Source: a virus (lineage: Duplodnaviria > Caudoviricetes). From it: a stretch of DNA of 64,000 bases. The notes below the pieces were generated by a model. That model was not told the origin of the DNA, ran no database searches, and saw nothing but the letters and a program-made list of their open reading frames with translations. Positions 1-9,119 of this stretch are shown here, piece after piece (position 1 is the first letter of the stretch; each line of letters starts with the position of its first letter). The translations under genes were made by a program, and so were the position numbers. The stretch spans positions 2,113 to 66,112 of the IMG/VR virus record IMGVR_UViG_2823679482_000007. The stretch is one strand, 5' to 3'.

Positions 1-1
1 G

Positions 2-322
2 GATCATTACCGCGAACTCGTCGATGACGAGTGCCTGATGGCCTTGCCGCAGCCGCCCTACGTCTTCGGCGGCGCTCAAGCGATCGAAGCGGTCGCGAAC
101 ACACCCCGTTGGTCCGGCGTCGAATTCAACGATGGCCGGATCGCGCGTCCCCAGGAAGGCCTGATCGTCATCGCCTACTCCGTGAAAGCCTCACGGGGCG
201 AAGAGACCTACGAGGCCCATTGCACCTCGACCTACCGCCGGCTGTCGCACGAGGAATGGCGGGTGGTCCAGCACCAGCAGACGCCGCGCATTCTCGCCCC
301 CGTCGTTGACGAGAAGCGCTGA
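2..322 (+). CDS. DUF4440/SnoaL (NTF2-like) protein, 5'-truncated; host chromosome flank
   Basis: Frame is open from base 2 (DHYRELVDDECLMALP...). C-terminus STYRR...WRVVQHQQTP is typical of DUF4440. Confidence 0.7.
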   Translation, partial: DHYRELVDDECLMALPQPPYVFGGAQAIEAVANTPRWSGVEFNDGRIARPQEGLIVIAYSVKASRGEETYEAHCTSTYRRLSHEEWRVVQHQQTPRILAPVVDEKR

Positions 323-617
323 GGCAGCGGTCACGTGAGAGCGGTCGCCGATGACGACTCGCGTCGCGATCAAGGGCCGAGCACATCGTGAAAGGGAGCC
401 GCCTCGGAAGACCGGGCGGCTCTCGCTCTTATAAAGGCGGCGCAAGGCCAATGCGCAGAACGCCCTTCAAGCGAGCGCACGCGCGACGCGGGGGCTATTC
501 AGCAAGGCCGGTCGGGCGGATCACACACGATCGGCCCTGCGCAGCCGTCGCTCTCGCGGTCATTCCAGCGCACCGTAAAGTGCGGAAACCGCAGGCTTCC
601 GAGAGCTTGGAAGAGTT

Positions 618-665
618 TGGCTCCCCCAGCCGGCATTGAACCTGCGACAAAGCGATGAACAGTCG
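618..665 (-). repeat. Degenerate 3' half of tRNA-Asn (outer att site of the older decayed element)
   Basis: Minus strand cgactgttcatcgctttgtcgcaggttcaatgccggctgggggagcca aligns with 4468-4515, with substitutions in the anticodon loop and T-arm. The same flanking ggggtg follows on +. Confidence 0.85.
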
Positions 666-849
666 GGGTGGAGTGGCTGACTTTTTTGAGAGACGGCAAC
701 ACGGAGAGGATGATTCGCTGAGGCGAGATTCACCCTGCGGTGATATCCAGTGTCGCTTGCGCGCGATCGCCGGGATAGGCTGGCGGCAAGGCTGAACTCC
801 AATGACTCGCACTCTGCCGGGACCTCCTTCAAGCAAAAGGTCTGCCACG

Positions 850-1074
850 ATGACCCGCAAGCTACCTGCTGATCCGCTGACGTACGTAGCGGTCCGAGAG
901 GCCGCGGTCAGGCGGGCCGCCGTCGGGGCACTCGCAGTTGGAGCATTGGCCGTTGGAGCGCTTGCCGTAGGGGCTTTCGCGATCGGGCGGCTGTCGATCG
1001 GGCGAGCCCGGATCAGCCGCTTAGAGATCGGCGAGCTTACGGTCGATCGGCTTCGCATTCGACGGGAGGAGTGA
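850..1074 (+). CDS. Small protein with GAL(A/F)(V/I) pentapeptide repeats
   Basis: AVGALAVGALAVGALAVGAFAIGRLSIGRARI, encoded by imperfect 15-bp tandem repeats at about 924-1015. Confidence 0.7.
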   Translation: MTRKLPADPLTYVAVREAAVRRAAVGALAVGALAVGALAVGAFAIGRLSIGRARISRLEIGELTVDRLRIRREE

Positions 1075-1358
1075 CGCCACTCTCTGTGGGTGAATGGAGC
1101 CCCTGAAACTATCGGCGCTGGCACGTGCTATCTTCTGCGCGCACCGGGCCGGTGCAACTCTTCTTACCTCCGACCGGCGAGGTTGAGGGAACCGGCGGCT
1201 TCTATGTCGGTGGGCTGAGTTCGATCTGGCGCAGGAGCGGTGGGGGTTGTGATCAGGTTGGCTGTTCCGCAGCTGAAATGCGCTTGGTCTAGTCGAAGCA
1301 CCCACACGACAGAAAGAGACCAGTTGTACGATCCTGGTGTGACGGGAAGATTCGGCCA

Positions 1359-2426
1359 ATGAGACTGCGCCACTTTTTCAAGAAGCTTTGGCCATCTTTA
1401 TTCAAACGTCAAATGCCAGGATTTGATGAGACATATTACCTCAAATGTTATCCCTCTGTGCGTCATTTTACTGGCACCCCACTGCAGCACTATCTCCAAC
1501 ACGGGTGGAAGGACGGATGCGATCCGAGTGCAGGCTTCAGCAGCAATGGGTATCTCGCAGCCAATCCTGAAGTTGCTGTGAGCGGGCTCAGCCCCCTAGC
1601 TCATTTTTTGAGTCAGGGTTTAGCTGAGGGCCGAGTGGGTTGGCAGAAAAGCGCGCCACTAAGTAAAGATATATCGACAGACCAAGGAATTTCAAAAGAA
1701 TGGTTTTTTGAGAATAATACGGGACTACCCTTGATATTTATGTACTGGGAAAGTTCTGTGATGCCGAAGCCGCCATCGGCAACTTATTGGCAAAAAATTT
1801 ATCCAAACTTCAAGGTCTTCACAGAACAAGATGTCACCCCGTTGCTGCCAAAAAATTTTGTCGATCTTTTTCAACTGATCAGATTTCCAGCCGCAAAATC
1901 AGATATAGCCAGGATATTTTTGCTTCAAGAGTATGGTGGGCTGTACGTTGATGCTCACGTTGGACCAGCTTCTCCATCGCATCTCTTAATGACGCTTAGC
2001 CGCCTTGCGGGATGCAGCGTCATGCTGTTCGGCAGAAAATGGAAAATGGATGAAGACGCAGATTTTCTTGATTTAATGAACACCATAATAGCTGCGCGGC
2101 AAGGCGCTCCCGAACTCGCTATAATCGCCAATCGGCTGGTCGCTAACGTTTGGCAGCAAAGGCACAAAGAGGATGCCACCTCAGAATATACGCCATACGA
2201 CCTACACTATCTGACAGGAACGTGGTTACTGGTCGAAGCTTTTCTGGAAATACCGGCGTTAACTCCAAAAATAAAGCCGGAATTTTCTGGAAAACTGGCT
2301 GTAAACATACTGGACAATCCCGAGCATCCAGGCTTCGAGTTGTATAAATTTCAAAATTACCGCCAGATCGGAAACCATTGGAGCGAACGTCAGCGTTACG
2401 AGCGTTTTTTTCGAGATAAAGAATAA
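1359..2426 (+). CDS. Glycosyltransferase, GT32/DXD sugar-binding type, with N-terminal FD..YYL..YP...PL.HY repeat
   Basis: AAKSDIARIFLLQEYGGLYVDAH matches the GT32/Och1 core (D..R...L...GG.Y.D.D-like). Low GC. Confidence 0.75.
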   Translation: MRLRHFFKKLWPSLFKRQMPGFDETYYLKCYPSVRHFTGTPLQHYLQHGWKDGCDPSAGFSSNGYLAANPEVAVSGLSPLAHFLSQGLAEGRVGWQKSAPLSKDISTDQGISKEWFFENNTGLPLIFMYWESSVMPKPPSATYWQKIYPNFKVFTEQDVTPLLPKNFVDLFQLIRFPAAKSDIARIFLLQEYGGLYVDAHVGPASPSHLLMTLSRLAGCSVMLFGRKWKMDEDADFLDLMNTIIAARQGAPELAIIANRLVANVWQQRHKEDATSEYTPYDLHYLTGTWLLVEAFLEIPALTPKIKPEFSGKLAVNILDNPEHPGFELYKFQNYRQIGNHWSERQRYERFFRDKE

Positions 2427-2595
2427 CATCTGCCTGGCAGGCTTGCCGGCAATGAACGCCTCTCGCTCAGCGACGCGACAACGCAGCTGACGTTGCTGCT
2501 AAACACGAAGACTCCTCCGCGGCTGATGTAAGGTCTGTTATAGCATGATCGAGTTGCGGCGTCTGACATCTTTCACTTTCGAACGAGAAAGCGTG

Positions 2596-2869
2596 ATGCT
2601 GTCGGATGTGGTGGACTGAGTTAGAACCCTTGATTCTGGCCTGTCGTCCGAAGGCCCAAACTTCGTCTAAGGAACTTCGGCGTACGGCCTCCGTGCTCCT
2701 CTACCGGCGTCGGAACAGGCCCACGTTGCGGGCCGCCCCCGAGGAAATAAAGCCCTGGTGGCAAGCCGCACGGATCTTCATCCGCTGGGCGCGCGCTGGG
2801 ATGTGTAAGCGGCTGCTCGACCGCGCCCACGGGCCGCGCTTGATGGGGCTAGGGGCTAACGCACTCTAG
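2596..2869 (+). pseudogene. IS5-family transposase N-terminal remnant (frameshifted)
   Basis: MLSDV/WWTELEPLILACRPKAQT..ELRRT...PEEIKPWWQAARIFIRWARAG resembles rhizobial IS5 orfA. Frameshift near 2606; the DDE part is missing. Confidence 0.7.
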
Positions 2870-2972
2870 GTTCGTCGATAGCCTCGCAGACCGCGTACCG
2901 GAGGGAGCCCGTGCGACTCCCGCCTGACATTCTCACTTTGAAGACAATGATCGGATCTGCCTCGGTACGGCC

Positions 2973-3275
2973 TCAATGCAGATATTGGGGGCTTGGCGCG
3001 TCGAGATGCGCACTGATCGTCACTTCCAAGACGTTGAGCTTTAGGCGCAGTTGAAGAATGGTCGGCGCAACCAAGTCTGGATCAACGCCATCGATTGCCA
3101 CCTCATGAAGCTCGGTAAGCAATCGATAGATCTCGACCAAATCGTCATCGGATATCAGGTGAAAACCGTCCTGCCTCAGCGCATTATGCGCCCTCACCAG
3201 CGCGAGCACCCGTTCAACGAGAAGGTCCAAATCGGCGAAAACGATGAGTGTCTCTGTTGCTTTTTTGAGATCCAT
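2973..3275 (-). CDS. Hypothetical helical protein (100 aa)
   Basis: ORF track; amphipathic-helix composition; no recognisable motif. Confidence 0.5.
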   Translation of the reverse strand: MDLKKATETLIVFADLDLLVERVLALVRAHNALRQDGFHLISDDDLVEIYRLLTELHEVAIDGVDPDLVAPTILQLRLKLNVLEVTISAHLDAPSPQYLH

Positions 3276-3681
3276 AATTCCACGGCTGGCGACGCATTTC
3301 TGCGAGACTCAACCGTCGTCAACGCGGGTCACGAAGAGTTATGGAAGGCCGCAGGCGCCGTTAAATATGATTTCAGGATGTACCGATCTACAAAATCAAC
3401 ACAGATCCGTCCGTGCGATGACGCACCTCAGATAAATTAGGCAAATACAAACTCAAAGCAAATAGTTGTCCGAGCTAATATTCAATCAAAGACCGGGAAA
3501 TTACTTCATATAACTTGATCCGACCAGATTTCAAAACATACTCGGCATTCTCTGCTACGCGTTTATCGAACTGGCCCACCGACTCGTTCGAACCCGTCGA
3601 GCGCTTGCGACTGCACGTCTTGCCCACGAGAGAGCGCGACCAGCGATCCGAGCACTCGATCAGAGCCTCACGCAGGAGAGA

Positions 3682-3990
3682 ATGACCTAGTTCGTCGTGT
3701 TCGACTTAGACGGGTCCTTGGCCCTCAGCGAGCACCGGGCGCAGGTCCTGAATCGTCCCGGCAAGGAGAAGAACTGGCGCGGATCTTACGCGGCTTGCGA
3801 CCGGGACGAGCCCTGCACCCGATCGTTCGCACGCCGCTGGCGCTCCACAACACCGGCGCCGACGTCGAGATTTGGTCCAGCCGATCCGACGAGGTGAAGG
3901 ACAAGACGACAGCTTGGCTTGCTGATCCTGGACTGGGACACATCCCGATTCGAACGCGCCCGCGGGCGACCGCTGGCCCAGGTGTTCGAG
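3682..3990 (+). pseudogene. Phage HAD-family phosphatase (PNK 3'-phosphatase-like) pseudogene
   Basis: SD aggag, then ATG ACC TAG (premature stop), then FVVFDLDGSLA (HAD motif I). Frameshifted continuation ..IWSSRSDEVKDKTTAWL (motif II-like). Confidence 0.7.
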
Positions 3991-4009
3991 GATTGCGCAT
4001 CCATGGTGG

Positions 4010-4401
4010 CCCGGATGACGTCGGAATCGAACGGCAACGAGGTCGCCGTGCACGATCTCAGCCACGACCCCGAACGGCTCGCCGAGATGCTGCCGGCCGG
4101 CGCTGGTCCCTGGTCATCGACGAAGGCCCCCGGCCTCCCGCGGCGGCGCTCGCGCTTCAGCCGCACTTACTGCGAACTGGCGCGTGCCTCCGGCTGCCCG
4201 GACGGCATCTGGAACATGGACAGCAGGGCAGGGTCGATGAGTGAGGCTTGCGAGGCTGGGGCGGTGCCGGACAACGTGATGCGCACCGCGACGCCCACGC
4301 CGATATCGACGAAAATGCTCAAAAACCGCGGATTGATGATTCCGTCGGTCCGCGCGGCCGAGCTACGAACGGCGCGGCGAAAGGCGAAGCTCGGCGGCTG
4401 A
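4010..4401 (+). pseudogene. C-terminal remnant of a tyrosine integrase, paralog of 62798-64000
   Basis: TSESNGNEVAVHDLSH...GIWNMDSRAG...ELRTARRKAK aligns with TSKSNGNEVAEHDLSH...GIWNMDSRAG...ELRTARRKAK. Catalytic Tyr lost (MLKNRG vs MLYNRG). Confidence 0.9.
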
Positions 4402-4467
4402 AAACGACCGGGGAACAACGGCAGCAACACGCCTCTGCCGTAGATCCGCTATGTGCTTGAGAGATTT

Positions 4468-4515
4468 TGGCTCCCCGAGCAGGACTCGAACCTGCGACAA
4501 AGCGATTAACAGTCG
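4468..4515 (-). repeat. att site: duplicated 3' half of tRNA-Asn(GTT), left boundary of the prophage
   Basis: Minus strand cga-CTGTTAA-tcgc tttgtc gcagg-ttcgagt-cctgc tcgggga-g-cca gives anticodon loop, T-arm, acceptor 3' strand and CCA. The 5' half (D-arm) is absent. Confidence 0.92.
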
Positions 4516-4547
4516 GGGTGATGTGATTGATTCCATTGGATGACGTT

Positions 4548-4592
4548 ACCGCGGGGAGGGGCTTACGCTCTTACGGAAATCTCCCCGCGGTG
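4548..4592. other. Inverted repeat next to att with two internal direct repeats (cttacgct/cttacgga); possible terminator or integrase arm sites
   Basis: accgcggggag...ctccccgcggt 11-bp arms, about 30 bp from the att core. Confidence 0.35.
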
Positions 4593-4637
4593 ACCGGCAG
4601 GCTCGCCCGTTCCGGCGCCACGGGATAGGCTCGGAAA

Positions 4638-4904
4638 ATGGCTGATTCCTCCCCCACCGTCGGCGAACTCTTCAAGGCCAACGTCGCCACCCACGACGAT
4701 CTGAACGCGCTGATTGATGCCGTTCTCGCCGGCCGGATGAATGTGCAGGAGGAACTCGCCGAGGGCTACACGCTCGACGTGGCAGCCGCCGTGAAGGCAA
4801 ACGCCTTCGCTACCGCTGTTTTGCGCGACAAGACGAGCACGACTGGTGCTAGGCGCACCGCCACCCGCACAGCGATCCTGCTGGCGCGTGCGCAGAAGGC
4901 GTGA
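4638..4904 (+). CDS. Hypothetical protein (88 aa)
   Basis: ORF with high-GC3 codon usage and a plausible RBS. Confidence 0.6.
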   Translation: MADSSPTVGELFKANVATHDDLNALIDAVLAGRMNVQEELAEGYTLDVAAAVKANAFATAVLRDKTSTTGARRTATRTAILLARAQKA

Positions 4905-5150
4905 GGAAGACAAGCCGGTAAGCCTGAGGCAACCCGGCTGCCCTATGCCGTCGGCCCCGCCATCAGCCGGCAGCCGTGATGCTCCTTCCCGAACTCGCGC
5001 CCGATCATCTCCCGCCTCAGGCTGCCGAGTGGCGGAAAGCCTCCGGCGCCATGCGCCCCAACTCGTCGCCGTGCCGATATCTGGGCGCGACCGCCTGGGC
5101 GAACGCCCGATGACACTCTCAACGTCTGAAAAGGGTCTCAAGCCAACTAG

Positions 5151-6482
5151 TTAGGCATACGCAACCGGCAACTCGCCGACCTGCGTCGTGTAGCGCGGCG
5201 TGCGCATCTCGAACTTGGTCGTCCAGGCCCGCCGCTGCTGTGCGAGCCCGGCCCGCGCCGGCACCACGCTGCCGCGGCCGAAGCGAGCGTTGCATGCGTC
5301 CATCGCGTCCATGAGCCGGCCGGCCCGCTCGCGGTCGAGCCGGCCGATCAGCGCGCGTTGCGACGCCGCCAGCGGCACGAGGTCGACCGTCACGACGCCG
5401 GCCTTCGAGTAGCGCCAGGGCGGGCTGCCCTGCTCGCGCCAGGTGCGGGCCACGCCGTGCAGCGCCGCCGGGATCAGCGCCAGCGTGTCGTTGGTCGCCT
5501 CCGGCAGCGTCACCACCGTGGAGACCGAGCGCATCGGCTCGCCGCGATCGTGCTCGGTCGTATGATAGAAAACGGTGATGTGGTCGGTACCAAGGCCTTC
5601 GCGCCGCAGCTTCTCGCCGAGCCGCGTCGCGTGGGCGGCAACCGCCTGCTCCAATTCGGCGCGCTCCGTCACCCGGCCGGAGAAAGAGCGCGTCACGGCG
5701 CAGCCCTTGCGGCGGGCCGGCACGAGCTCAAGCCCCAGGCAGGATACGCCGCGCAGCTCGTGAATCATGCGCTCACCCACCACGGTCAGCGCCTTGCGTA
5801 CCGGTCGCGGATCGATGTCGCGCAGGTCTGCCACCGTGTCGATGCCCATGGCCTCCAGCTTCGGCAGCGAGGCACGGCCAACGCCCCATAGCTCGCCGAC
5901 GTGGATCCGGCAGAGCCAGTGCTCGTAGGCCGTCGGGTCGGTCAGGTCGCAGACGCCTTCAAGCTCCGGCACCGTCTTAGCGATGTGGTTGGCGAGCTTG
6001 GCGAGCGTCTTGGTCGGGCCGATGCCGACGCAGGTCGGGATGCCGGTCCAGGCTCGCACCGTGGCGCGGATGTCCCTGGCGAGCGCGACGCGGTCGCGGC
6101 GCACGAAGGCGGTCAGGTCCAGGAAGCTCTCGTCGATCGAGTAGATTTCCACGTCAGGCGTGGCGTCACGGTAGATCGCGTTGATGCGCGCCGACATGTC
6201 CCCGTAGAGGGTGTAGTTCGACGAGAACACGCGCACGCCTTGGCGCTCGCAGAGCCCGCGGATCTTGAAGTAGGGGTCGCCCATCTTGATCCCGAGCGCC
6301 TTGGCCTCAGGGGTGCGGGCGATCGCGCAGCCGTCGTTATTCGAGAGCACGATCACTGGCACGCGGGCGAGCTTGGCGTCGAACACGCGCTCGCACGAGC
6401 AGTAGAAGCTGTTGCCGTCGATCAACGCCAGGGCGCGACCGCCGCCGATCCGGTCGCGTTGGCGCGCCTCGGCGTTGCTCAT
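5151..6482 (-). CDS. umuC: Y-family error-prone DNA polymerase (Pol V catalytic subunit-like)
   Basis: [45 protein letters not shown]-terminal ..RTPRYTT. Confidence 0.95.
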   Translation of the reverse strand: MSNAEARQRDRIGGGRALALIDGNSFYCSCERVFDAKLARVPVIVLSNNDGCAIARTPEAKALGIKMGDPYFKIRGLCERQGVRVFSSNYTLYGDMSARINAIYRDATPDVEIYSIDESFLDLTAFVRRDRVALARDIRATVRAWTGIPTCVGIGPTKTLAKLANHIAKTVPELEGVCDLTDPTAYEHWLCRIHVGELWGVGRASLPKLEAMGIDTVADLRDIDPRPVRKALTVVGERMIHELRGVSCLGLELVPARRKGCAVTRSFSGRVTERAELEQAVAAHATRLGEKLRREGLGTDHITVFYHTTEHDRGEPMRSVSTVVTLPEATNDTLALIPAALHGVARTWREQGSPPWRYSKAGVVTVDLVPLAASQRALIGRLDRERAGRLMDAMDACNARFGRGSVVPARAGLAQQRRAWTTKFEMRTPRYTTQVGELPVAYA

Positions 6483-6946
6483 CGGCCTTGGCCCGCGCGG
6501 GAGACGTGCCAGCGGACCGTGAAGCGCACCACGCCCCAGACATCGACTTCCGCCAGCTCCTGCAGCCCGTAGACGGGGAGGTCCGCGTTGTCGAAGGCGA
6601 GGCGCGCCGTGTTGCCCTCGACCACCATGCGCTTGATCGACATCTCGCCGTCGACCGCCGCCACGACGACGCTGCCGTGCGCAGATTTGAGGCTGCGATC
6701 GACGCAGGCGAGATCTCCGTCGAAGATCCCGGCATCCCGCATCGAATCGCCGGCGATACGCCAGAGGAAGGTGGCCGGCGGGTTCGGCACCAGCCAGCGC
6801 GGCAGCTCAAGCGCGCCTTCCAGGAAGTCGTCTGCAGGGGAGGGGAAGCCTGCGCAGAGCGCTTGGCCCATCAGCGGCACACGAACTGTGGAAAAACCCT
6901 CCTGCGGTAGCTCTGCGACCGTGTGCAGCCTCAACCGAGCCCCCAT
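6479..6946 (-). CDS. umuD: UmuD-like S24 peptidase
   Basis: [12 protein letters not shown] cleavage region, GDSM (Ser) and SIKR (Lys); 4-bp overlap with umuC. Confidence 0.93.
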   Translation of the reverse strand: MGARLRLHTVAELPQEGFSTVRVPLMGQALCAGFPSPADDFLEGALELPRWLVPNPPATFLWRIAGDSMRDAGIFDGDLACVDRSLKSAHGSVVVAAVDGEMSIKRMVVEGNTARLAFDNADLPVYGLQELAEVDVWGVVRFTVRWHVSRAGQGR

Positions 6947-6954
6947 CTGAGTTA

Positions 6955-6969
6955 GAACAGAGAGAGAAC
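6955..6969. promoter_or_regulatory. Alphaproteobacterial LexA (SOS) box
   Basis: GAAC-agagaga-GAAC, a perfect GAAC-N7-GAAC; 9 bp upstream of umuD and in the divergent intergenic region. Confidence 0.9.
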
Positions 6970-7058
6970 AAACAGCAGGCGTGCGGCCGGTTCAATCGAA
7001 TCAACGTGCCAAGCTCTGCTGGTCGTTTCGGCCTGTGGATAATGGGGACGGAGGGGTG

Positions 7059-7325
7059 ATGACGATGTCGCAGGAGCGCTGCCACTTCCACTGCACGGAC
7101 GGCCTGGATGTCGTCTTCGATCTGCAAGGCCGAGCGGTCGCCGAGGAGGATCTGCGCCCGGTCTGCGCGAGCGTGGCGGCCGAGGTGATGCAGGGTTGTG
7201 CCGCCCCGGTCGACTGGTCAGCCTGGATCGTCGACGTGCACGACGCCCATGGTCAGCACGTGATGACGTTCGGCTTCGACGAGATTGCGAACGAGGTGGG
7301 CGTGCTAGCGGCATTGGCCGCCTGA
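7059..7325 (+). CDS. DUF6894-like small protein
   Basis: CHFHCTDG...DLQG...W.VDVHDAHGQHV pattern. Confidence 0.7.
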   Translation: MTMSQERCHFHCTDGLDVVFDLQGRAVAEEDLRPVCASVAAEVMQGCAAPVDWSAWIVDVHDAHGQHVMTFGFDEIANEVGVLAALAA

Positions 7326-7334
7326 GGAGAACAC

Positions 7335-7589
7335 ATGGCCATGAAAACGACCTTCCTCGTGCAAACCTTCGTGCTCAAGCGGAAGCGGCTTGTCCCCGGA
7401 GACCGGCAGGTTTCGACGACGAGCAGTGCAGCGCTGAAACGGGCCGAGGCCATGGCCGCCCGCATGCCGGGCACGGCCGCCTTGCAGATCGTAGCCGACG
7501 ACGAAACGGGTGAACTGGAGAGCGCGACGATCCTCGGGCAATTCGGTGAGGTGCCGGACGATTTCGCCGAGAGCTTGCAGGCGGCCTGA
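7335..7589 (+). CDS. Small hypothetical protein, paralog of 56150-56404
   Basis: SD gaggag; shares VQTFV, A..AEA, G(T/S)AA and FG.VP with 56150-56404. Confidence 0.75.
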   Translation: MAMKTTFLVQTFVLKRKRLVPGDRQVSTTSSAALKRAEAMAARMPGTAALQIVADDETGELESATILGQFGEVPDDFAESLQAA

Positions 7590-7591
7590 CC

Positions 7592-7804
7592 ATGCGCACC
7601 ATCGTCGAACTCGACAACGGCAGCGCCGCGGCGATCAGCGACGGCGGCAAGGATCTGGCCGACCTGCTGGCCCGCGCGCTCATGACGGGAAGCGATGCGG
7701 CTTGGGACAAGCTGCGACCCTACGGGATCAGCCGAATCGTCAAGCGTCACCCGACCAAGCATGCGAAGATCGTCGTCGGAGGACGCGAGATCGCAGTCCG
7801 GTAG
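7592..7804 (+). CDS. Hypothetical protein (70 aa)
   Basis: Follows 7335-7589 closely; its first about 15 codons recur as a remnant at 11485-11535. Confidence 0.6.
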   Translation: MRTIVELDNGSAAAISDGGKDLADLLARALMTGSDAAWDKLRPYGISRIVKRHPTKHAKIVVGGREIAVR

Positions 7805-7808
7805 GCCG

Positions 7809-8075
7809 ATGGCGGGGACCACCGAACGATCCGCCGCCGAGATCCGCGGCTTACTCCGGTTCGAGCAGGGTCCCGGTCTGGACGAGGCGGCAGTGCGTGA
7901 GATCTACGAAGCCGTCGGGGAGCAGGTTGCGGAGGCCGGCGTCGGCGACGACGACCGCACGGCCGAGCTGCAGAAGCCGATGCTCGCGGCGGCTAAATCC
8001 AGTCCGCTAAGTTTTGCCAACTGGCCCAGCCAAGGCGAATTCAAGGCGCGGCAGATCTTGCGACTTATCGTATGA
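7809..8075 (+). CDS. Hypothetical protein, C-terminus probably replaced at the GC drop near 7990
   Basis: MAGTTERSAAEIRGLLRF...; abrupt composition change. Confidence 0.5.
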   Translation: MAGTTERSAAEIRGLLRFEQGPGLDEAAVREIYEAVGEQVAEAGVGDDDRTAELQKPMLAAAKSSPLSFANWPSQGEFKARQILRLIV

Positions 8076-8258
8076 AAGATCGAGGTTTGCCGATAAAAGT
8101 AGCTGGCCAAAAGCGACAAACAGAATGTGTGGCTCTTCGAATCGTCCGATGCGAGTGGCCTCGACCTGTCGCAGCGACCCGGCCGTGTAGGTTTCCAACC
8201 TCCATTTCGGCGCAATTGATGCGTCAAGTCGCGAAGGATCCTCATCGCGAAGAGTCTC

Positions 8259-9059
8259 ATGCCCGCCAATTCCCCGGCTCGATCCGCGCCGCACACTCAG
8301 AGTTACATCGACGTTTACCTGCGGGTGCTCAGCGCGCTGATGCTGCGCGACATGCGCAGCCGCTTTGGCGGCAACTACTGGGGCTACCTTGCGCAGGTGC
8401 TCTGGCCATGCGCACATCTAGCGATCATAGTAGGGGCAATGACTTTTCGCGGCATGAAATCGCCAATGGGCGACGATATCATGGTGTTCGTTGCGTCCGG
8501 GGCACTTCCAGCACTCGCTTTCCAGTACATCTCGCGCGAGGTGATGAAGGGGTACTTGGTACACAAGCCTTTGACGTATTTCCCACAAGTAAAAAAGTTC
8601 GACACCGTCGTTGCACGGATACTTGTAGAAATAGTGAACAGCTTCATGGGGTTGATGCTTATTTTTCTTGTCCTAATTTGTTTCGGCTCTGATCCGATTC
8701 CAAACGATATAACAACGTCGATTTTAGGGTATCTAGCTGCGATTGGATTAGGCATTGGGCTAGGCACCATCAATGTAGGAATATGCTCTGTTTTTCCCGG
8801 ATGGACGATTGGATACATACTGGTCACATTGACTGTTTATATAACCAGCGGGGTCTACTTCATGGCATGTTATATGCCAGAGCAAATATATTCATTAATG
8901 AAGTGGAACCCTGTAACGCAAATCATAGAATGGGTCCGACTTGGATATGACCCGACGCTTCCTGTCGAAGTTGACTACTTATACGTGTTCGGATGGATAT
9001 TCGGAAGTCTCACTATCGGCTTGCTGTTGGAAAGGTATGTCGTCCGGGCGCAACAATAG
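8259..9059 (+). CDS. ABC-2 type capsular polysaccharide export permease (KpsM/CtrC-like), orphan
   Basis: ALMLRDMRSRFGGNYWGYL, six hydrophobic segments, LMKWNPVTQIIEWVR. No ATPase (KpsT) or KpsE in the window. Confidence 0.88.
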   Translation: MPANSPARSAPHTQSYIDVYLRVLSALMLRDMRSRFGGNYWGYLAQVLWPCAHLAIIVGAMTFRGMKSPMGDDIMVFVASGALPALAFQYISREVMKGYLVHKPLTYFPQVKKFDTVVARILVEIVNSFMGLMLIFLVLICFGSDPIPNDITTSILGYLAAIGLGIGLGTINVGICSVFPGWTIGYILVTLTVYITSGVYFMACYMPEQIYSLMKWNPVTQIIEWVRLGYDPTLPVEVDYLYVFGWIFGSLTIGLLLERYVVRAQQ

Positions 9060-9119
9060 CAGCTGGGAGGTGAAAGCCCCACAGCAGCAAATGCGGTGGG
9101 GCAGTTGCGCTGGAACTGC

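Larger units (their letters stand above)
670..4467. mobile_element. Decayed prophage/island remnant integrated at the same tRNA-Asn site
   Basis: Bounded by two tRNA-Asn 3' halves. Contains an integrase C-terminal remnant at its right end, a phage HAD pseudogene, an IS5 remnant and a low-GC glycosyltransferase. Confidence 0.75.

Noticed and set aside
924-1015. 15-bp tandem repeat as a VNTR or regulatory array
   Set aside because: Degenerate at third codon positions, so it is explained by a protein repeat.
4468-4515. Functional tRNA-Asn gene
   Set aside because: Only the anticodon loop to CCA is present; the D-arm and 5' acceptor strand are missing. It is an att duplication.
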